Below, in pieces: positions 14,794-64,000 of a DNA stretch of 64,000 nucleotides. The position numbers were made by a program, and so were the translations under genes. The number at the start of each line of letters is the position of its first letter. Positions within the stretch are counted from its first letter, which is position 1. Origin of the DNA: Octopus sinensis (lineage: Eukaryota); assembly GCF_006345805.1 (NCBI RefSeq), contig NC_043017.1:23374001-23438000 (forward strand), in the 5' to 3' direction. The notes below the pieces were generated by a model. The model was given only the letters and a program-made list of their open reading frames with translations, did no database searches and was not told where the DNA came from.

Positions 14794-15597
14794 AATAATA
14801 ATAATAATAATAATAATAAAGAAATTATTGTATACAGTGCTCAGGTGCACCACAACTTGTCAGAAAGTGCATATAAAGTACATGCAGTAATGTACAAATG
14901 TCTGGAAAGCGAACAATGTATGAGTCAGATACATGTTTGTGTGTGTATGGAGGGGAGAAAATCAGGTGTAGTGTTGGCGAATCTCAGAAAGCATGGAAGT
15001 TTTGAAGGATGCAGTGCTCCGACAACTAACAACTGATGCCAGCAGTGTGTTCCATGCTTCAGCAACTCTCAGTGTGAAAAAATGTTTCCTAAAGTCATGG
15101 GAGCTGTGCTGTTTTCTAACTTTGTAAATATGTCCACGGGTGTTAGACAGGTGGAGTTTGAAAAGGTGCTCAGAGTTATTGTTTGTAAGATGGTTGATAA
15201 TTTTATGGGTGTCTGCCAAGTCAGCTGCCAGACGGAGTTTCAATGTGTCCATGCCCAGGGAAGTAAGGCGTTCAGAACATGGCAAATGCCTGATGGAGGG
15301 TATTCTTTTGGTTGCACGTCGCTGAACGGCTTCCAGACAATTGATATCCTGGGCAAGATAGGGGTGCCAGACCGGTGATGCAAATTCCAGGTGAGGTCTT
15401 ACCATAGCTATATAAAGCCGCAGATAGATAGTCAGAGAGCGGCTCACAAAGGATTTGGTGAGTGATGCCAAGACACCCTCAGCCTTCTTGATAATTTTAG
15501 CGATGTGTTTTGTCCAACGCAAATCACTGTCGACAATAACACCCAGGTCACGTTCACACGAAGACTTTTTGAGATTAGTGTTGTGGAGGGAGTAGGT
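14794..15597 (-). mobile_element. 5'-truncated CR1-clade LINE (ORF2 C-terminus, 3' UTR, (ATT)n tail)
   Basis: Translation ERDLGVIVDSDLRWTKHI...VRPHLEFASPVWHPYL...SNTRGH...FFTLRVAEAWN is typical of CR1 ORF2; ORF 14962..15522. Confidence 0.9.
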
Positions 15598-16852
15598 TCT
15601 ACTTCAAACATTTTAAACGAATTAATGCTTATGTATTCACATTGTTTTGAATTAATCATGCATTTTACCTTGTAGCTTCAAGATTTCAATGTTGTGATTA
15701 TTTTTGGAATGACTTTGTATGTGAAGTGTGAGAGGCTGAATCTGGGTAGTTTGTGCATATCAGAGCCAGATATGACTGGCTTAAATGTTAAAGAGTTAAG
15801 AATTTTTACATAAGTTTTCATATTTCAGTGATGAAATCGAGATTTTGAAGGTCAAAGTAAAGTTTGTAAGCTCTCTGTACTGTTAATGATGAGGTACAAA
15901 GTGACTTGGTCCACCAATTTAACATTGATGAAGCAGACCAATGATCAAAGCTGTTCCAGACTTGACCATCCTGTGTTTTAGTATATCTAAACCATATTTT
16001 TCAATGCTATTTTCCTTTTTTTTTTTTTGTAAGATGGTAAGGTAATTGAGGGGGATCTGGTTGCTATTTCATTTCAAGCAAGTTAAGCGATGGGATAGAG
16101 GTTTTCCTTATTGATAGCAGTATACTTTAATAAATTAATCCAGTCCACTAAGCTGTTGAATAGGTACCTTTTAAACGGATTTAGTAGAAGTGAAGAAATT
16201 CTTGTTAATCCTGTAAAACCTAAATTGTCAATTTGCCAAAGGAAAATTATTTACCATTCTTTTATTTAAAATATATAAAGATAAGGAATATGTTTCATGT
16301 AAAAAAATAAGCTTCCTTATACACATACATATAAACAGAACACAGGAATGGGTGAGTGGTTAAGAAGTCCACATTGCAACCATGAGATCCCAGGTTCAAA
16401 TCCACTGTGGTGCATCTTCAGCAGATGTCTTTTTCAATAGTTTTACATTGACCCCCTGCCTTGAGAGTGAAATTGTGTAGAAGAAGACTATATAGAAGCC
16501 CATTGAATGGACTCTGCCTGTAAGTTAAAGGTCTAGAATTGTTACCTATTGTGTCACATTGCCTCTGCTTAAGAATTAAGTCAAGAGTAGAAAAGTCTGT
16601 GGAATACTCAACTACTTAGCATGTTAATCCACTAAGTTGAAACAGTGGAAGAGCTCTTCAATTATGTGTGTGTATAGAGCACACAGTAAAATCACCAGGT
16701 GCAGAGGATCCCTAGCTGTTGTCACAGCATCCTTGTAGGAGAAGGACACTGATGTAAAACCTGCAGTTTCATATGATTACTGGTCATCTCAATTCAGCTT
16801 CTCACAAGGTGCTAATCACAGTGACTCAGAGTGTGGTGTTCGTGTCATTTGA

Positions 16853-17272
16853 GGGCGGCGAGCTGGCAGAATCGTTAGCACGCCGGGCGAAATGCTTATC
16901 AGTATTTCGTCTGCCATTACGTTCTGAGTTCAAATTCCGCCGAGGTCAACTTTGCCTTTCATCCTTTCGGGGTCGATAAATTAAGTACCAGTTAAGCACT
17001 GGGGTCGATATAATCGACTTAATACCTATGTCTGTCCATGTTTGTCCCCTCTATGTTTAGCCCCTTGTGGGTAATAAAGAAATAGGTATTTCGTCTGCTG
17101 TTACGTTCTGAGTTCAAATTCTGCCGAGGTCGACTTTGCCTTTCATCCTTTCGGGGTCGATTAAATAAGGACCAGTTACGTACTGGGGTTGATATAATCG
17201 ACTTAATCCGTTTGTCTGTCCTTGTTTGTTCTCTCTGTGTTTAGCCCCTTGTGGGTACTAAAGAAATAGGTA
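16853..17272 (+). mobile_element. SINE family A dimer (full copy 16853-17085 plus head-less copy 17086-17272)
   Basis: Two tandem bodies with the same tail; 10 bp TSD TTCGTGTCAT at 16839-16848 and 17273-17282. Confidence 0.85.
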
Positions 17273-17634
17273 TTCGTGTCATACAAGTGTTTATCACTAT
17301 AATCCAATGACATACAGATGTCTCTTTATGGTAACTTTATTTGTCATTCCATCAACTGAAAGTCCTGAAAGAGTGGCAATGAGTGCAGACCCAACTAGTT
17401 GGAAACCATGCAGATCTGAAGTGGGACTGAATAATCATCTGGGTAGTCAAAAGTGACGGAAAATCAACAAGGAAGCACAGATGGCAAATACATACAAATG
17501 AACACACAAGGCTTAGTGACAGGCAAGGCATCCAGCTGTAGAAAATCACAGCCTCAACAAATTTCATCCAACCCATACAAGCATGGAAAAGTGGATGTTA
17601 AACAATGATGATTATATATATATATATATATATA

Positions 17635-18158
17635 TTGGAAGGTTTGGAGATGATGTACAGGTATTTTATATTAGAAGAAATGAGGTACTCAGAAAATCGG
17701 ATGGTTTATAATTACAAATATATTTATTTGTATATTACATTTTTTATATATCATATAACTTAGATCATGTATTAGTGCTTTCTCCCATTCTAGTGGGGTT
17801 TTCAAGTCAAACTAAGTTCCTGTGTGAGGAGTTTTGACCATTTTATAGTGGTATTGAGTTTGTAGTGGTAGGAAGGAATATAAGACAGTACAAGAGGGTG
17901 ATGGATGAGGAGAAAGTGAGAGAGAGAACCATCCATCACCTTCTTGTACTGTCTTATATTCCTCCCCACCACTACAAACTCAATACCACTATAAAATGGT
18001 CAAGACTCCTCACACAGGAACTTAGTTTGACTTGAAAACCCCACTAGAATGGGAGAAAGCGCTAATACATGATCTAAGTTATATGATATATAAAAAATGT
18101 AATATACAAATAAATATCTGTAAATATAAACCATCCGATTTTCTGAGTACCTCATTTC

Positions 18159-18168
<10 letters not shown>
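17635..18168. mobile_element. Fold-back/MITE-like element with ~240 bp inverted arms, inserted in (TA)n
   Basis: Arms 17667-17907 and 17930-18168 are reverse complements (about 7 substitutions and one 2 bp indel by eye); 22 bp spacer. Confidence 0.85.
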
Positions 18169-18205
<37 letters not shown>

Positions 18206-21200
18206 GAGAGAAATAAAAAAAATATACACACAAATGTATGAAAATAAAAGCATTGAAGAAAGAAAAATATGAAAGGAAAATATTTTAATTTTATTATAAT
18301 CATAAAAGAGATATGAATAAAATTTAACTTTGTACATTATATTCTCTTTCCTGGACATTTGTCTATTATCTATGGCTAAACTCTTAGCAAGTTTTTTTAC
18401 GAAAAATCTCAAACAGAAAGATCTCATAACTGTTGATTTTCAAATAAAGTTATTCATTTTGCAAAGCTCAGGGGTTCATAGGTAAATCTGGTGATAAATT
18501 CCAGTTCCAAACTGTTCTTGGGTAGAACTTGAGTTTACTGTTTAGTCAAGGAATAATGAAAAAAAAATTTCAACAATTGTAAAGAAAAATAGACCACTCT
18601 TTAAAGATTGGCTTTCAACAGTGGAATTTCAAAACATTTCAAATAACATTTTCAATGTTACAGTATTGTACATAAATAATAACATTCACTTCTCAACTAC
18701 ATATTCTTCATCTATATGCAGGAGAGAAATAAATGTCATCTGTTGGGTGCAGTTATATCATAATTTTAGTTGGTCTCATGTCATTACCATTACACTGCAG
18801 CTTTCTTTAGAAAAACATGTATGTTACACAATTTCATTTCCTCCATTTTAATCTGAGACCTTGCAGTTAGGTAGTCAAAATAAAAAGAAAACCAATATGT
18901 CTTCTTTAAAATAAGACCAGAAAATCAGTTGTAGATGTTTTCTCTTATCAGAATCAGTTTTGCAAGGAAAAGACATTTTTATATATGTTCAACATTGTTC
19001 ATAATGTTCAACATAGAATTTTATTACAATTAAGTTTTCTCTTTATTTTTATTTTTATTTTATTTTATTTTTTTGTTAAGAACTATATAAAATATAATGT
19101 CAAAGGGTTAAATAACTATTAAATGGTAAAACAATGCAACCAAGGGAAACTAGTAACATTTTGTGTCAGCAGAAAGAAAGACAAATAATTTAAACAGAAG
19201 GATATGGCTGACTGGTTTAAGATGCTTGCTTTGCAACTGCATGGCTTGGGGTCCAGTACAACTACACAGCACCTTGGGCAAGTGTTTCTACTATAGCCCT
19301 GGATAGACCAAAGGCTCATGAGATTTGGTAGACAGAGACTAAAAGGAGATAGTTGTGTGTGTGCGCGTGCACGTGTGTGTTCAGGTCTCTTTGTCTTGAG
19401 ATAACACACTAACTATAAACAAACATCATTGCTATACAAGGGGTGTTGCTTATTTGCAATGTCCCGTGAAAACATGTCCAGCCATTGTGCTGGAAACAAG
19501 TGAGGGTGGGTGACAGGAAGAGCATCCATGTATCATAAATTTGCCTCAAGAAATTTCATTTGAGTTATGAAAGTCATTAAAAAGTGGTTGTTAAAAATGA
19601 TTATAGCGAGAAAGAGGAAGAAATATAAGTCTAATGCTTTAAGGCAGAACTTTTTATCAGAAAGAATGAGAAGTCATTTAGTTTTTAAGGATAAAACCAC
19701 TATTAAATATTGTCTTCAAAGCTGCATTAACCTTATAATACCTAAATTATCAATACACTGACCAAAAAAAATTATTATTTTCAACTTAAAAAAGGATAAG
19801 AAACATGTCATGTAAAAACATTAAAAATTACATATTCTTTTATAATGAAATTATTCAAATGTCAGTATTTCTACAACAGCCTTCAGATGATATAACTGCT
19901 TAAATACAATAATGTTGTCCAAATATGAGGAATCCTCAGACTTCATCTGAACTCTTATTTCTGGTGTTGTACTATGGCCCTGATAAAAAAACACTCCTTG
20001 CTACAGCCCATCTAATTGTAAATAGATGCAATGGAGACATTTGGCTGGGTTTTATTTTTTGTAACCTCAGGTCAACCTTGATGAAATAGATCTAAGATTA
20101 GAGATATTCTAGTGATGACCATTCCATAGTTTGGAAAGTCTAGCTCAGGCTATATTATCCAGTATGTCCTTTTTTTCTTTAAAGATGAAAGGATGTGATA
20201 TGAGATGAATTTGGCTGCTATTTTTAACAGATCAAGAGACTACATAACATGTATGCTACATCTCCACGGAAAAATTTATCATGTCCACATCTCAATAGAA
20301 ATATTGCAACAATGGCCTATATTCCTCTCAAACTAACACATTGTAAACCTACTTGAAGCACCTCACCCCCTCACTAACTAATACGACACCTACTCCTTCT
20401 GTCCCTGTGTGACAATCTTTTGGAATTCCATTGATATACTGATCAAGTGGAGGGTTTGTGATTGTCACAAGTACTGTCCTCTTACTGCTGATTGCACCAC
20501 AGGAAAAAGAAAAAGAGGAATTAAAGAACAATAATCATGTCTAACAAAGATCTCTACAGAAACAAGGACCCCCCAATAACAGAAACAGAGAGAGACAGAG
20601 AATGATAGTTCACAACCATACTCAAGAGAAAATAAGAGTTATACAACCAGAAAAAGGAAATATGTGACAGAGAACCTTTTTTTTTTTAAATAAGAATAAA
20701 GGATTAGATTTTTACTGGAGATAAATTATTTACATCTCACATGTAAAAGGTGAGACGTAAAAAGAGATATCTTTCCAGGAGAAATGTTATAAAAGACATG
20801 AAAACCACCATTCCTCAATAATGCCAAATGTACATTCAAGACATATTTATAGCTGTTGATCATAATTCTTATTTATTTTTTTTTTCCAACGTTTCAACAA
20901 TATGCTAAATTTCCTTAAACTAATAGTCAACTTGAAACTTCAACAAATTATATTTTAAGTAATAATATCTTACAGAGGCACAAGGCTACATGTTTGGTGA
21001 TGGTGGTGGTGATGGTGAGAAGATTTAGTCTAGTCATGGGCAAACTGCAGCCCATAGGACTTCCTAAGAAACACACCTAACAAAAAAATTTCTTGGAAAT
21101 TTTTTTCTTTTGTAATGTGGCCCACCAGATGGTGTGTCATGTCCCATGCAGCCCACTAATCAACGAAAGTTGACTATGTCTAGCATAGTTAATAACATTA

Positions 21201-21568
21201 ACTCCAAGTACTTCATTAGTACTTATATTATTGACAATGGAAAAATGGAAGGCAAAGTCGACCCTGAGGGAATTTGAACTTAGCACATATAAAGAGATGT
21301 AACTAAATATCATAACTTATTTTTGTCTGGGACTTTGCCAATTCTACCATCCAATAACTTTTTAAAATAAATATTACATTCTTGATTAGATAAAATAATT
21401 TTACAAGAAATCAGCAAATAATTAAGAATTATGGAGAAATTTAATAAATTTTAACAACATTCTAAACGAGCTTATTTGATTTTGCTAAAATATATTTTGG
21501 ATAGAAAATATCAGGGACTCTTAAAAAAGAAATCTAAATTTTAAAGACAAGAAAATATATATACACAT

Positions 21569-21649
<81 letters not shown>

Positions 21650-22856
21650 TTATATATAAATATATTCACACACACACATTCTATAACAAAAGACAAAGAA
21701 TGCTCAATATGTTTTATAGTGTGTGTGTGTGTATACATACATATATCTCATAGTTCATAAAAAAAAACTCAAACACTATTCAATATATGAAATATAGTAC
21801 AGTAATCCTGAATCTTTCCTCAGCCACCAATGTTTGGTACCAAGCTGAGAAATGATAACATGTTCAATCTTCAAATCAACTTTCTTTAACTTGCCATGAA
21901 TGTTTAGCTGCAAAAACAACACCATAAAATTTGATTTTTGTTCACAGACTGGTGTTTTGGATGATGGGTTTTACAGGAAAGATTTGCATTTCTTTTTTTT
22001 TTATTTTTTTATAATTCTATTTTTTGTTTTATATCAGGTTCTTTTGATGAAAACTGAGCATTATGCAGACAAAGAAAGAAAAAAAGCAAAGAAATTTTAA
22101 AATAAATAACATTCTTTTGGTGTCTGATCTTTTTTAAAACAATTATCAAGGATTTCCACTTTGAAATTAATCTTTGACTAGTTTCTATTTCACATAGAAA
22201 TATAACAAAGCTGAAACCTGGTTAGTGTCATTCAAACTGAATTAGTCTGTTTGGAAGTAGCAGAAACTCCTAATTTAAACGCCAGTTTTATTTTTCTCTC
22301 TTTTTTTTCCTTTTTTCTTTTTCTTTCTTCCTCTCCTGCTTTCTCTCTCAGTACTTCACCAAACTTCAGTTCTGCACAAATTTATATCAAATATGTTCAG
22401 TATCAAATCACAAATAGTCTGTACACAAATAAATAGACCAAGTTTTGATGACTTTCTGCCAATTAACCTGGACTCTGAGGAAAGTGAATTGATTGTGGGT
22501 TTGTCTGAAATTGGTCGCTGAGTAGGAGGAACCCCTCATGCGACCAGCAACACAAATGCCAGCAGATATTTCTGCTTTCATTCTCAACCAACACACGCAT
22601 ACACATACACTTACAAAAAAAAAATGCACTCATGTATCTGTGTATATGTGTTTGAACACATATGCACAAGTACGTCCTCAGACATACAATTAGAGTTATG
22701 CACTCACACAGGTACACAGGTATCTGTGCAAGAGTTTCACCCAGGTATGTTTTCTTCTCTTTCCATCTCTCTCTGTAGTTTTGTACTCCATAGAGAAACT
22801 GTTGGTAATATCAACATCACAGATGTGCTCAATATAAGCTCCTTTACCATATAGAA

Positions 22857-62172
<39,316 letters not shown>

Positions 62173-62694
62173 CTAAAAACAAGAAAGAAAATAGTTTTTT
62201 AATGGTAGGGCTCTCTTTCTAAATAACTTTTATAGGTTAAATGTTACAGTTGTGGTACTCTAAAGGGGTAAAGATATTCAAACATTGTATTTAGGTGAAG
62301 AGGAAAATAAAATCTTATAAGTCATGTTGGACTACAGGACTACATTATCTTCTTTTAAGACAGTAGGGTATGATTTGAAGGACACTAGCTTGGTACTTCT
62401 AGCAAGTCAAGTAACCACATAGCTCTTTCCTCACTGTCTCAGTCATATGATAGGAGTAAAACAGTTGTTAAAACATAGGGTTTCAAGTTCAATACTTGGC
62501 TGTAACTCCATGCTTTAAGAAATACAAAGGGGAAAAAAATGAAGTTTAGCTGGTATGAAAACCATGCAATCAATCAAGACCTACAATCAAATGTGTAGTT
62601 CATATCTCCATAGAATAGTTGCTGTATTTATGGAATACTATAGAAAAGTTTCTGTGAAGAGCAACTGTTCTTGACACAACCAAACATTTGAAAT

Positions 62695-63310
62695 CACCAT
62701 CATCATTGGTTTTTAGCATCCACTTTTCCATGCTTGCATGGGTTGGATGGAGTTTATTGAGGCAGATTTTCTACAGCTGGATGCCTTTCCTGTCATCTAC
62801 CCTCACCCATTTCCAAGCAAGGCAACATTTTCTCATCATCAGACATGTTTTCACAAAATATTGGAAATGAATGACATTCATTTACAATAAACACATGGTG
62901 TCTCACACACACACACACACAAACAAACAAACACAAACACACGCACACACACAGGTTTCTTTCAGTTTCCACCATCATCATCATCATCATTTAGCATCCG
63001 CTTTCCATGCTAGCATGGGTTGGACGGTGCAACTGGGGTCGGGGAAGCCAGAAGGCTGCACCAGGCCCAGTCTGATCTGGCAGTGTTTCTACAGCTGGAT
63101 GCCCTTCCTTACGCCAACCACTCCATGAGTGTAGTGGGTGCTTTTTACGTGCCACCGGCACAGGTGCCAGACAAGGCTGGCAAACGGCCGGCTTGACCAA
63201 ATCCACTCACTAGGCTATGGCCAACTTGGAGCTATAGAAGACACTTGTTGAAGATAAACACAGTGAGACAGAACCCGAAACTATGTGGTTGGGAAGTAAA
63301 CCTCTTAACT
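62695..63310 (-). mobile_element. Nested stack: old RTE-like 3' UTR, SINE family B, and a young RTE 3' fragment (62972-63189) inside the SINE
   Basis: SINE B motif TTTCAGTTTCC...ACCAAATCCACTCAC is split by a (CAT)n-tailed RTE terminus. Confidence 0.7.
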
Positions 63311-63566
63311 GTTTTTCTATATCAGTAACATAGGTAATAGATAACACTTCATTTTCAAACTATTTAAGCAAGTATCTTTACTGCTGAGTAGTTTATCTTC
63401 CACCAAACACTAAATCAGAAAGTAGTAAGATATATTGAAGCAATGGTGATGCTAGGCGTGCTACTGAAATATAAAATATACTGGTTATAGAAAAGGTTTG
63501 AACTTCTGGTTGTAATTTGGTGACAAATACTGTATCTTTATTCCATACCTCATGTATATCACACAA

Positions 63567-63949
63567 GTGGAGGCGCAATGGCCCAGTGGTTAGGGTAGCG
63601 GACTTGTGGTCGTAGAATTGCGGTTTCGATTCCCAGACCGGGCGTTGTGAGTGTTTATTGAGCAAAAACACCTAAAGCTCCACGAGGCTCCGGCAGGGAT
63701 GGTGGTGATCCCTGCTGTACTCTTTCACCACAACTTTCTCTCACTCTTTCTTCCTGTTTCTGTTGTACCTGTATTTCAAAGGGCCGGCCTTGTCACTCTC
63801 TGTGTCACGCTGAATATCCCCGAGAACTGCATTAAGGACACACGTGTCTGTGGAGTGCTCAGCCACTTACACGTTAATTTCACGAGCAGGCTGTTCCGTT
63901 GATCGGATCAACCGGAACCCTCGTCGTCGTAACCGACGGAGTGCTTCTA
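63567..63949 (+). mobile_element. SINE family C, full length, with 11 bp TSD
   Basis: ATATCACACAA at 63556-63566 and 63950-63960; tRNA-like head GGAGGCGCAATGGCCCAGTGGTTAGGG...GGTTTCGATTCCC. Confidence 0.9.
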
Positions 63950-64000
63950 ATATCACACAAACATTGTATAGACAGCAAGTCTAGCAAGGTGAAATACAGT

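Noticed and set aside
14782-15036. Paralogous ORFs ...HHNLSESAYKV... (also 31762..31953, 15082..15378, 31999..32433)
   Set aside because: Antisense readings of the CR1 3' UTR and ORF2
20349-20531. Minus-strand ORF with a polypyrimidine tract downstream of CASD1
   Set aside because: No homology and it lies after the CASD1 stop codon; cannot be supported as an exon
22408-22717. ORFs just downstream of the CASD1 stop
   Set aside because: Probably 3' UTR; no recognisable motifs
62605-62632. Echo of CASD1 exon sequence (NTATILW) about 500 bp upstream of exon 62101-62172
   Set aside because: Only ~19/22 nt match in AT-rich DNA, a stop follows and there is no matching donor; likely chance

Overview
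AT-rich, microsatellite- and retroposon-dense animal genomic DNA. The repeat families look like those of an octopus (coleoid cephalopod); this is recalled, not verified by a search. The one protein-coding gene I can support is CASD1 (CAS1-domain sialate O-acetyltransferase) on the minus strand. I reconstructed 16 GT-AG exons by hand (62172 to 22857; 1817 nt, phases consistent, ~604 aa + stop), covering the DxxH catalytic motif and the transmembrane half; the 5' exons lie beyond the window. The ORF track misses most exons, and most listed ORFs are microsatellite or TE artefacts. The rest is TE landscape: several tRNA-derived SINE families (some with clear TSDs, head-to-tail chains and swapped tails), two 5'-truncated CR1-type LINEs, a 5'-truncated RTE LINE with a PHD-type finger inside its ORF2 and a tandem hairpin array in its 3' UTR, a triply nested set of piggyBac-type MITEs, mariner/pogo MITEs, two fold-back elements, and a tRNA-Thr(CGT)-like sequence in a direct-repeat-bounded cassette. 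The first ~14 kb looks like the 3' part of a convergent plus-strand gene with very short exons, but this is tentative. I found no clearly novel protein-coding system; the best leads are mobile-element architectures.
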